A stretch of DNA of 25,641 nt from a virus (lineage: Duplodnaviria > Caudoviricetes): positions 1 through 25,641 of IMG/VR virus record IMGVR_UViG_3300022217_000049; one strand, 5' to 3'. Both the position numbers and the translations under genes were made by a program. The notes beneath the pieces are model-generated. The model did not search any database, had not been told where the DNA came from, and was given only the letters and a program-made list of their open reading frames with translations. Position 1 is the stretch's first letter, and the number at the start of each line of letters is the position of its first letter. Below are positions 16,990 to 24,694 of this stretch, in pieces.

Positions 16990-17960
16990 GACCTGACCTC
17001 GCTGCTTATCCAGATAGCTTCTCGGTTCTTCTGCTGACCCCTGTCTTCGTATCCATGACAGCTGTGGGTCGTCATGAAGTGCCTGAAGGGTAGCCAGTCA
17101 GCCCCCGTATTCTCGCATACGATGACCAGCCCTTCCCTTGACTTGCACCACTTGCCAAGCCTCTCATAGTCCACAGCCTCTACACTAAACGAGTAGACGT
17201 CTGGCTGGCTCTGGTATGGCGGGTCTACGAACCAGGTGGCCTCACCTTCAACCGGGCAGTCTTCAAAACCACAGTTGTAGACCTTCCAGTGGCGTATCTT
17301 CTGCACCTGAGCTGCAAGCCTAACCTTGGCTGCAGGCCATGGGATGGAATGGGTAGCCTTGGCCTTGTCTGTACCAACCAGACCATTCCACGAATGGGCT
17401 CTGTCGGTAGGACTGTGACCAGCCCTCTGATACCAGAAACCCATCAACCACTTGGCTTCCTGTGGTGCGTCAAGGTTGCTGATGCAACCCTCCAAGCCAT
17501 CCAGCTCAGGCAGCCCCATCATTTCCTCAGGGCTGACCTTGATGAGGTATTCCCATATTCCAGCAATGACAGGGTCGATGTCACACAACACCACGTTGTG
17601 CTGATGGAACCTGACCGCGTAGCCAGCAGACCCCGCAAAGGGCTCCACAATAGTCGAGTGCCTTGGCTGTGGGTAAAGCAAGGCCTTCTTCCACTTGCCC
17701 CCAAAGTAGCTGAAGAACGGCCAGAGCCACTTGCCTGCCTGGCCATAGTCAGCCAACACTTCACTGAGCTTCACACCCATCACTTTACAAAACCTCAGCA
17801 GGACCGCCCGGTCAATGTTCTGAACCTTCCCAGTCTCGATAGCACTTGGCAGGCTCGTCCATTTTCTGAGCCCTGCCCGCTCACATAGCTCCAGGCCAGT
17901 TAGCCCTGCAGCTTCTCGGGCTGTCCTGAACTTCTCCGCAGATAGATATCGCCTTGCCAT
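16980..17960 (-). CDS. XRE-type HTH fused to a Dam/D12-class N6-adenine DNA methyltransferase
   Basis: aa 1-70 FRTAREAAGLTGLELCERAGL...SAIETGK...FCKVMGVKLSEV; then FSYFGGK, VEPFAGSAG, CDID and FVDPPY. Confidence 0.88.
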   Translation of the reverse strand: MARRYLSAEKFRTAREAAGLTGLELCERAGLRKWTSLPSAIETGKVQNIDRAVLLRFCKVMGVKLSEVLADYGQAGKWLWPFFSYFGGKWKKALLYPQPRHSTIVEPFAGSAGYAVRFHQHNVVLCDIDPVIAGIWEYLIKVSPEEMMGLPELDGLEGCISNLDAPQEAKWLMGFWYQRAGHSPTDRAHSWNGLVGTDKAKATHSIPWPAAKVRLAAQVQKIRHWKVYNCGFEDCPVEGEATWFVDPPYQSQPDVYSFSVEAVDYERLGKWCKSREGLVIVCENTGADWLPFRHFMTTHSCHGYEDRGQQKNREAIWISSEVRSQG

Positions 17961-19060
17961 TACACCACCAGCACAGGTTCAGCTTTCGTTGCAGCCTGCA
18001 AACGGTCAAGGATGATGCCACACTTGATGGGGTCTAGCTCAACCCCATAGCACACCTTCCTCATATGCTCACAGGCCAGGAAGGTAGACCCAGACCCCGA
18101 GTATGGGTCAAAGCACACCTCCCAGGGTGGAGTGTAGTAGCTCAGATTCTCCACCAACATCTTGACAGGCTTCTCATGCTTACCGAACCGCTTCCCATCC
18201 TCCTCATACTCGTCACGATGGAAGACGCTGTTGACGACAGAGCCCCTGGCCTTGCGCTTCCCTATCTTGGGAATGGTTCTGACCGAACCCACCTGAACCA
18301 TGATTGCGTGGTTCCTGCTCAGCTGGTCAAAGCCTCGATTCATCGTCCCAGTCTTCACCAACACCCTCTCGAAGCGGTACAGCTCTGCAGGTATCTGCAG
18401 GAGGTCTCTACCATTTCCCCACACAATAGACGGGTCCTGTAGGTGGTCTATCCAAGGCAGGTCAGAACCATACGGTGGGTCTATTATCGTCACGTCTGGA
18501 GCCCTGTCACCCATCAGCAACCGCAACAGTTCATCATCGTGTGACGACCCGCAAGCCAACCTGTGCAAGCCTACCTTCCAGACCTGCCCCAGCAACACCT
18601 TGCGCTTGTCCTGTTCACTTGGGTCAGGAGGCTCAAAGGCTGGCTCTTCAATGGGCACAATACCCAACACCTCGACTTGCAGGAGGTCTAGGTTCAGGGC
18701 CTGGAAGGCTTCGTCATTCCAACCCTCGAGGTCTTCAAGGAGCCCATCGAGGTCTGATGTGAATTCACCCATGATGTTGGGATTGTTCAGCGTCACGTTG
18801 AGAGACCTCTCCTCCATAGGGTCCAGGTCCACTACCACGCATTGAGCTACCTCAACCCCCATAGCCCTCAGGGCCTTCATCCGGGCATGACCCGCAACGA
18901 GGGTGTTGGTGCGTCTGTTCCACACCAGGGGCTCCACCAACCCATACCGCTCAATGGAGCCCTTCAGCCCGTTCAGAGCCATCTCGGAAATGGCCCTGGG
19001 GTTGTACGGGGCCCCGTTGATGTCTTCCAACTTCATCTCAACGATTTCAGGTCTGTCCAT
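17960..19060 (-). CDS. ParB/Srx N-terminal domain fused to an N6/N4 DNA methyltransferase
   Basis: APYNPR, SIERYGLVEPLVWN, LVAGHAR; GLHRLACGSS, IDPPY, HEKPV, FDPYSGSGST, YGVELDP. Confidence 0.92.
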   Translation of the reverse strand: MDRPEIVEMKLEDINGAPYNPRAISEMALNGLKGSIERYGLVEPLVWNRRTNTLVAGHARMKALRAMGVEVAQCVVVDLDPMEERSLNVTLNNPNIMGEFTSDLDGLLEDLEGWNDEAFQALNLDLLQVEVLGIVPIEEPAFEPPDPSEQDKRKVLLGQVWKVGLHRLACGSSHDDELLRLLMGDRAPDVTIIDPPYGSDLPWIDHLQDPSIVWGNGRDLLQIPAELYRFERVLVKTGTMNRGFDQLSRNHAIMVQVGSVRTIPKIGKRKARGSVVNSVFHRDEYEEDGKRFGKHEKPVKMLVENLSYYTPPWEVCFDPYSGSGSTFLACEHMRKVCYGVELDPIKCGIILDRLQAATKAEPVLVV

Positions 19061-19063
19061 CGT

Positions 19064-19537
19064 TTACCTCTGTCCTGCTTGGTGTCGCCGCAATGCCGAG
19101 ACCAACATTGCAACCTCATTGCGCAATCTTCGCCAGTCCACCTCTTTATGTTCCCTCTTGGTAAATGGAACCATCAACGAATGGGTTGGTGTCACAACCC
19201 TCCTAACCTGCCTGCCCCTTACCTCGGCCAACCCCCAACCATCCAACACATCATCGGCACTGACCAAGCCAGGAGGTGTCAGGAACCACCTCTCATGCCC
19301 TGCAGCAGGCCAGCCCCCGAAAGACTCTACCCGTCGGTGAGGCTTCTTCAGCTCACACCTGTAGTCAGCTTGGCTGGCCTTACATTCAACAAGGATTGAT
19401 ACCATTCCATTGTGGAGCCAGCCAATTGCATCAGGTATCTCGCCTGCAGCTGTGTGCAGCTCACTCAACACCACAGGACACCTCCACGTGTTGCGCAACC
19501 ACCTGACAGCCCTCTCCACTAGCTGAGCGTGGTTCAC
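19064..19537 (-). CDS. PD-(D/E)xK nuclease, MmcB-like
   Basis: E...EIPDAIGW...SILVECKAS.ADY..E.KK, followed by RWFLTPPGLV...GWGL. Confidence 0.75.
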   Translation of the reverse strand: MNHAQLVERAVRWLRNTWRCPVVLSELHTAAGEIPDAIGWLHNGMVSILVECKASQADYRCELKKPHRRVESFGGWPAAGHERWFLTPPGLVSADDVLDGWGLAEVRGRQVRRVVTPTHSLMVPFTKREHKEVDWRRLRNEVAMLVSALRRHQAGQR

Positions 19538-19881
19538 TCAACCCTCCATTCAGGTGGGTCCACCGTCAGCTGCAGCTCCAGGGGTCTGCTCAGGCAGCCT
19601 GAGAGGCTATCCTGCAGCCTGGTGGATGTCTCCTTGACCTCAGCTACCCGCTGACCACAGGACGTCTCTAACAGGGCAATGGTGGACTCACAGGAGGCCC
19701 TGGTTGTGTCCATCAGCTCCTGCATCCTAGACAGCTCAGCCCCATGACTTGCCTGCTGCAGCTCCAGCTGGCCACCGTAGACCATCACGCAGAAGCCTGC
19801 CACTCCACCGGCAACGGCGAAGACCAGCCCTGAGACGATGGCTATCTGGCGTTGTGAGACCCTTCCGTTCTGCTCAGCCAT
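19534..19881 (-). CDS. Single-pass membrane protein with a helical C-terminal domain
   Basis: Hydrophobic segment IAIVSGLVFAVAGGVAGFCVMVY, then a coiled-coil-like region with 3 Cys. Confidence 0.75.
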   Translation of the reverse strand: MAEQNGRVSQRQIAIVSGLVFAVAGGVAGFCVMVYGGQLELQQASHGAELSRMQELMDTTRASCESTIALLETSCGQRVAEVKETSTRLQDSLSGCLSRPLELQLTVDPPEWRVE

Positions 19882-20086
19882 TTCTCATCAGCTCCTTCAG
19901 CTCCTTCAGCAGCTCTGAGCACCTTTCATCGCCTAGAACATTGGCAATCTCGGCCGGAGTTACAGAGGTAGGGTAGCCAATCTTGACCATCCACTCCCTA
20001 AACAACTCAGCATCTTCCCATGCCTCCAAGACTATGAAGGCCCAACCCAAATCAGCTACCTTGATTTGCACTGACGTCTTTATCAT
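19874..20086 (-). CDS. Hypothetical protein (70 aa)
   Basis: ATG 20086 with an AAGGAGG RBS. Confidence 0.65.
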   Translation of the reverse strand: MIKTSVQIKVADLGWAFIVLEAWEDAELFREWMVKIGYPTSVTPAEIANVLGDERCSELLKELKELMRNG

Positions 20087-20090
20087 TGCC

Positions 20091-20306
20091 CTATACCTCC
20101 TTGACCTTGGCAACCTCTACCGACCGATGAGAGTCCACCCTGATTAGGCCAGTGGGTGTTACCCTGACCTGAAGTACATCCCTCGGGGTCTTGATGGTGA
20201 TGACCCGATTGCCCCTGACCTGCGCTGCCCGCTCAACCTTGACATGCCCCCAGTTGAACCCATACGGAGTGTCTTCGTATCCAACCGCATAGAACTTTGT
20301 TCTCAT
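20091..20306 (-). CDS. Hypothetical phage protein (71 aa)
   Basis: GGAGGTCAAACG-ATG start; beta-rich TPYGFNWG...VRVTPTGLIRV. Confidence 0.75.
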   Translation of the reverse strand: MRTKFYAVGYEDTPYGFNWGHVKVERAAQVRGNRVITIKTPRDVLQVRVTPTGLIRVDSHRSVEVAKVKEV

Positions 20307-20338
20307 CGTTTGACCTCCTTCGTTTGACCCCTATCCAG

Positions 20339-20479
20339 TCAACACTTCTCCGTCTCCTCCAGATACCGTCTCCATCGAACCCAACAAAACGGCGTCCACC
20401 TGCCCCTGAAGTATATCCGCCTGAATGACAACCACCTACCATACGAGCCATTCCATCTGCCAAGCCTCAGAACTATCAT
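20339..20479 (-). CDS. Small Arg/Trp-rich peptide (46 aa)
   Basis: Not in the ORF track; GGAGGTAGACG-ATG start; fills the gap between neighbours. Confidence 0.5.
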   Translation of the reverse strand: MIVLRLGRWNGSYGRWLSFRRIYFRGRWTPFCWVRWRRYLEETEKC

Positions 20480-20482
20480 CGT

Positions 20483-20692
20483 CTACCTCCTCTGCTCTTC
20501 GTTGCGTTGCTGTTCGGCAATTCGCCGGTCCATCGAATCAAACACCACTGACCACAAGCCATCAGCCTGCCGTTCTGCTTCTGCCCGCCTGACTGCCTGT
20601 GATGACCTTGCCCCGTTGGCCATGACCAACATGACCACCACGACCAGCAAGACAAACATCCCAAATGTTACCCCAACTGCCAAAGCTTCCAC
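20483..20692 (-). CDS. Small membrane protein (69 aa)
   Basis: N-terminal hydrophobic helix and charged tail; GGAGGTCAAACG-GTG start. Confidence 0.7.
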   Translation of the reverse strand: MEALAVGVTFGMFVLLVVVVMLVMANGARSSQAVRRAEAERQADGLWSVVFDSMDRRIAEQQRNEEQRR

Positions 20693-20712
20693 CGTTTGAC
20701 CTCCAGATACTG

Positions 20713-20946
20713 CTATAGCTCTTGGTCCCAGACCTCCATGATGGCCTGCTTGGCTTGACCCACCGTCAGACTCATGATGTATGCCAGCTCATCAGGCCCC
20801 ACCTTCAACCCCGCAGGCATAGCCACCTCGTCTCGAAGGTAGACACACCACTTCAGAATGTCCTTGTCATGGGCGAAATTGCCCGGGTGGAGCCTCTTCA
20901 TGTGCTTCCTCACCCTCCTCAGCTTGTCCGTTACCTTCAGGTTCAC
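20713..20946 (-). CDS. Hypothetical protein (77 aa)
   Basis: GGAGGTCAAACG-GTG start. Confidence 0.7.
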   Translation of the reverse strand: MNLKVTDKLRRVRKHMKRLHPGNFAHDKDILKWCVYLRDEVAMPAGLKVGPDELAYIMSLTVGQAKQAIMEVWDQEL

Positions 20947-21093
20947 CGTTTGACCTCCTCTCAGAATACAGGGCCTCTTTCGGAGCCCCTACGTAGTTAC
21001 TAGCCCAAATGAACCTCTACCGCCCTATGGAATACCAGCCATCAAGACCGACCCTCAGCACTTTCAGAATACGCCACTGCAGCAAGTCTTGGG

Positions 21094-21720
21094 TTAGGAG
21101 TCCAGAGCTTCGCCACTGTCGCGTCCATTGTCAGGCAGGTAGACCACCACACTGTGCTCTACGTGACCCTCCACATCAAGCCCCACATCGTACGTCTCGG
21201 ACGACACACCTCGGGCCAACCGCTCTATCTTAGCCATCCCTGGGTAGACGGTGGAGGCCTTGGCTACTGCGTTGAACAGCTCCAACATCCCCAGCTCTTC
21301 CATCTGCTTCATGACCTTGACTGGGTCTTCCTTCATCTTCCGAATGATGGTCTGGACCGGAATCATCAACGACTGTTGTATAGCCATGGATTCCCGGGCA
21401 TGCCGGGCACTCATCGCCTTGACCTCTTCCAGCTCAGCCAGACGCTTCTGCCTTTCAAGTATCAGGTCCCAAGCTTCAGCCCTCTCTCGCCATTGCCATT
21501 CCTTGGCTTTCTTGTAGAAAGGGCTTGCCATAATCTTTTTCTTGGTCGGAAAAAAGACGGCAAAAGTATCCGATATCTTCCGCTCTGGGCCTAGGTTTCG
21601 GAAGTGTTCAAAGCGGTTGAACCAGAGCCTAGACTCCCTGGGTTGTCGTTCCCAAGGCTCTCTATCTTCAGCCAAGGCCTTGACCTTCCCAGTACCGCCT
21701 ATTGAGCCTCCACCAGCCAT
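21094..21720 (-). CDS. terS: Putative terminase small subunit
   Basis: PWERQPRES...F..FRNLGPER, WQWRERAEAWD, KIERLARG and C-terminal VYLPDNGR, a pattern I associate with TerS proteins; AAGGAGG RBS. Confidence 0.75.
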   Translation of the reverse strand: MAGGGSIGGTGKVKALAEDREPWERQPRESRLWFNRFEHFRNLGPERKISDTFAVFFPTKKKIMASPFYKKAKEWQWRERAEAWDLILERQKRLAELEEVKAMSARHARESMAIQQSLMIPVQTIIRKMKEDPVKVMKQMEELGMLELFNAVAKASTVYPGMAKIERLARGVSSETYDVGLDVEGHVEHSVVVYLPDNGRDSGEALDS

Positions 21721-21760
21721 GATTCATCCTCCTTGTTGAGGTAGGGCCACCACACTTTGA

Positions 21761-21788
21761 ATTATGGGGAATATAGGGCAGGTGTCAA
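21761..21788 (-). promoter_or_regulatory. Sigma70-like promoter upstream of terS
   Basis: TTGACA-16 nt-CATAAT. Confidence 0.7.
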
Positions 21789-21799
21789 GTAGAGGTTGG

Positions 21800-22282
21800 T
21801 CAGTCCATCTTGCGTGCGCAGACTTCGCATACAGTTGAGCCCTGCCCAGCACAATCAACCTGCACAGTTCCCTTAGCGTGGAAGTCCACCTTGCAAAACG
21901 GATAGGCAAGCCCCTTTGGGCCCTCAGCTTGGCTCTCATCGTCTCCCAGCCCAGGCCATTCACCGATGAGGCCAAACAGCCTACTGAAGTGCCTGCTGAC
22001 CTCCTGGAGGTGTTTCAGGGCGAAGTCAATGCGGGTCTCTTCATTGTCTGACCCATTCGGAATCAGCTCACCACAGGGCAGCTCAACGGGCACAATGGCA
22101 ACGCCCGGATAATGGCCCAAGTGGCATACTTCAACCCGCAGCTCATAGGGCAGGTGGTCTGGCCCGGAGTCCAGAATGGTGAAGTATGCTGACCTGATTG
22201 GGTCCCAGCCCCATGATGAGCCTGTAGTCTCTTCGAGCTTCTTCAGCATACGAATCTTCTGCATCAAGTGTTGGTCGTTCAT
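21800..22282 (-). CDS. Hypothetical protein with a C-terminal Cys cluster (160 aa)
   Basis: AAGGAGG RBS; ends DCAGQGSTVCEVCAR. Confidence 0.75.
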   Translation of the reverse strand: MNDQHLMQKIRMLKKLEETTGSSWGWDPIRSAYFTILDSGPDHLPYELRVEVCHLGHYPGVAIVPVELPCGELIPNGSDNEETRIDFALKHLQEVSRHFSRLFGLIGEWPGLGDDESQAEGPKGLAYPFCKVDFHAKGTVQVDCAGQGSTVCEVCARKMD

Positions 22283-22330
22283 TACCGTTTTCCTCCTTCC
22301 TTACTTCTTTGCTTAGTAGACCTGACAGTC

Positions 22331-22567
22331 TTAAGCCCTCACTGTTCTATCCAACAGCTCTTTGAGCTTCGTTTGAGCAACCTGACAGGATTGAGCCTTG
22401 GTATCCTCGACTAGCATAGTCAAGACGCAGCACCATATCAGGCTGGACTTGACGGTGTTCTTCTTCATTGGCAGGCAGAACTTACACCAGCCAGAGCAGG
22501 TCCTGAGCATAGCTGGGGTTCTGGCTGCTGGCTGATGAAGAGGCCCCTTGATGAATTCATAGCACAT
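22331..22567 (-). CDS. Hypothetical Cys-rich protein (78 aa)
   Basis: ATG 22567 with an AAGGAG RBS; alternative short frames exist. Confidence 0.45.
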   Translation of the reverse strand: MCYEFIKGPLHQPAARTPAMLRTCSGWCKFCLPMKKNTVKSSLIWCCVLTMLVEDTKAQSCQVAQTKLKELLDRTVRA

Positions 22568-22619
22568 TGAAGTCTCCTTTGGCTTTGACAACCTTCTTTC
22601 CACTTGTTGTCCACTGGCA

Positions 22620-22829
22620 TCAGGCAATCCCCTTCTGCTCTGCAATCCACAGGGTGATGATGAGGTCTCCGTCTTGGTCACCCTTCCAGACCTCGGAATC
22701 ATCGCTGATTTGGCTCTTGGGTATCCACATTGGTTTTACCAAGTCTGGGTGGTCCACCAAGATAGCCTTGGCAGTCTCCTTGGTTGACCAGGCCTCACGC
22801 AGTGTGACGTATTCGTCCTTGTGTCCCAT
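22620..22829 (-). CDS. Conserved-looking small phage protein (69 aa)
   Basis: ETAKAILV...WIPKSQI...WIAEQKG pattern; GGAGG RBS and TGATG coupling. Confidence 0.8.
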   Translation of the reverse strand: MGHKDEYVTLREAWSTKETAKAILVDHPDLVKPMWIPKSQISDDSEVWKGDQDGDLIITLWIAEQKGIA

Positions 22830-23104
22830 CAGACAACCCTCCTGAACTTCAGCCAGATTGCAGCATCATCCAGCTTGTTCCATGCCCAGGCTCTCCATCC
22901 TTGCCTTGGTATGGCGAAGAATGGAAGGTCAGACACCCTGTCACACAGGCCACCAGCCCATCCTAGAAGCCCTCCACGTTCTACCGTCTTGACCTCCACA
23001 TAGGTTCTGAGTTGAATTAGTTCACCGCAGACATGGCACTCCAAAGAGACACCGGGAGACCTGTCGACACAATGGCACTTTTGGCAGAGTATCAAGTCTA
23101 TCAT
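22829..23104 (-). CDS. Small Zn-ribbon protein (91 aa)
   Basis: CQKC...CHVC; GAGG RBS; coupled to both neighbours. Confidence 0.7.
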   Translation of the reverse strand: MIDLILCQKCHCVDRSPGVSLECHVCGELIQLRTYVEVKTVERGGLLGWAGGLCDRVSDLPFFAIPRQGWRAWAWNKLDDAAIWLKFRRVV

Positions 23105-23568
23105 CAGTCCACCTCAGGCCAGGGGTCAGTGCCCGAATCAGCAGGCAGGGGCTGTCTATCGCGGAATTCAGGAGGCACAAAGCCCATGGACCTTGCAGGA
23201 GGGTAGCACTTCGCCAGCCTGATGAGCAGCCTAGCAGTACGGTGAGACTTTACGGCCTCCTGGAGGTCTTCTGCCTCCATGGAGCCCATCCCAGGGATGA
23301 GTTCATCCAAAACTGCCACCAAGTCCATCGCTGTGGACCAATCCATCTTGCATTGAACCATAGCCAGACCAGACTTGATGTGAGTCACTACCCTAACCCT
23401 GGGCTCGTCCGACTTTGGATGCACAGCAATGCCCCGATAGGTCAGGGCCTCTACTTCCGAGGTGTATTCATCGATGTTGTCAGGGTCCAGCTCGTCCATC
23501 CTATCCATGCCAGGATGGGCAAACACCCTGAGGGTTACCCGCTCTTTCTTCCACCAGTAATCACTCAT
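23104..23568 (-). CDS. Hypothetical protein (154 aa)
   Basis: GAGGTAGACG RBS; GIAVHP...VVTHIKSGLA. Confidence 0.75.
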   Translation of the reverse strand: MSDYWWKKERVTLRVFAHPGMDRMDELDPDNIDEYTSEVEALTYRGIAVHPKSDEPRVRVVTHIKSGLAMVQCKMDWSTAMDLVAVLDELIPGMGSMEAEDLQEAVKSHRTARLLIRLAKCYPPARSMGFVPPEFRDRQPLPADSGTDPWPEVD

Positions 23569-23911
23569 ATCGTCTACCTCGCTTCAGCATTACCCCCTTC
23601 TAGGAGCTACCTTGGTTCAGCCCGATACAGGGCTCGCGTCAACCCACTAGGCCTCAGAATCGCCCCTGAGGGCCTCTGAGGGCATGTATCAGCAGGCACC
23701 CTCACTGCAAGGGCCTGACCCTTTCCCAGGGCAGGATACCACTTGCTGGGGCAATATCCTCACACAAACGGGCGCTTCCGTGCTGAAAAAATGAATGCCA
23801 ATCGTCTTGTGTCTTTGACCTTCCATCATTCGACACTCCCTTTTGTAGTGTACAGACCTGACCAGTCCAAACTGACTGTGAGCCAACCCCCTGCAATGAA
23901 GATGCCTGCTG

Positions 23912-23956
23912 GTGCTGTATGCCCCCACCTCCCAAGAGATGGTAGCTATACAGCAC
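23912..23956 (-). other. Long RNA hairpin (about 19 bp including G-U pairs)
   Basis: GUGCUGUAU(A)GCU.CCAUCUC-UUGG-GAGGUGG.GGC-AUACAGCAC; the G-U pairs favour the minus strand. Confidence 0.55.
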
Positions 23957-23963
23957 AACTAGG

Positions 23964-24380
23964 TCAATAGGGCACCACACCATCATCTGCAAGCTCAGCC
24001 AACAGCTCATCGACTGATGGGGGCTCGGCATAGACAGCACAGGTGTCAAATGGCCTCTTCCAGACCTTCTGCTTGACACACCAGACCATCTGGGCAGGAC
24101 ACCCATGCTGATTGACAGCTTCTGCTGACCCACAGTCCCTGCAGAAGTCGAATGACTCCAGCTCTTCGATAAGCTGCCTCAGGTAGCAGGTCAGGTCCAA
24201 GGCTTCCTGGTAGGCATCCCTAAGAGCCCTCCTGCCGTTGAATGCTTGCAGTGGAGTACCGTACTTGCGCAGGCCCATGGCCTTGCGTTCCTTCAGGTCA
24301 GCCACAACCAAGTCGTGGATGCTTTCCCCTTTCGTTGCCCTTGGTGGGGGCTCTGGGGTTGACAGCTTCTTCATGTCCAC
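23964..24380 (-). CDS. Putative all-alpha NTP pyrophosphohydrolase-like (MazG-like) protein with a Cys-rich tail
   Basis: R..MGLRKYGTPLQAFNGR.AL.DAYQEALDL..Y motif; enzymatic function is inferred. Confidence 0.6.
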   Translation of the reverse strand: MDMKKLSTPEPPPRATKGESIHDLVVADLKERKAMGLRKYGTPLQAFNGRRALRDAYQEALDLTCYLRQLIEELESFDFCRDCGSAEAVNQHGCPAQMVWCVKQKVWKRPFDTCAVYAEPPSVDELLAELADDGVVPY

Positions 24381-24694
24381 ACCTCACTTTCCGTGATGGC
24401 TGTCACAGCCTCCTTTGCCCTCATCAGCAGCCCTTCAACGGCATTGATGGCGTTCCACATAGCATCAAGCGCCTTGTTCCGCTCACAGCAGCTGGAAGAC
24501 TGAAACTGGATGTCAAATTCAGCACTCAAAACCCCGCCGCTGAATGGATGCAGCACGATAACCACCACAGCTTCCAAGGGATCTCCAATGGTGACCCTAT
24601 ATTGACCCTCCCTGCTGAACGACCATGGCAGGCCTGTCACCTTCTGCAGGTTGACAACGGCCTCCAAGGCTTCCCTCAATTGCAGTTCAATCAC
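24371..24694 (-). CDS. Hypothetical protein (107 aa)
   Basis: GTG 24694 with an AAGGAGG RBS, overlapping the upstream stop. Confidence 0.65.
   Translation of the reverse strand: MIELQLREALEAVVNLQKVTGLPWSFSREGQYRVTIGDPLEAVVVIVLHPFSGGVLSAEFDIQFQSSSCCERNKALDAMWNAINAVEGLLMRAKEAVTAITESEVWT

Noticed and set aside
19534-19881. i-spanin (Rz) assignment
   Set aside because: The topology fits, but I saw no embedded or adjacent lipoprotein (o-spanin) and it is far from the endolysin; left as a membrane protein.
20233-20463. 76-aa Gly-rich ORF
   Set aside because: TTG start without an RBS and a 74-nt overlap with the next gene; the 20339-20479 frame has the better start.
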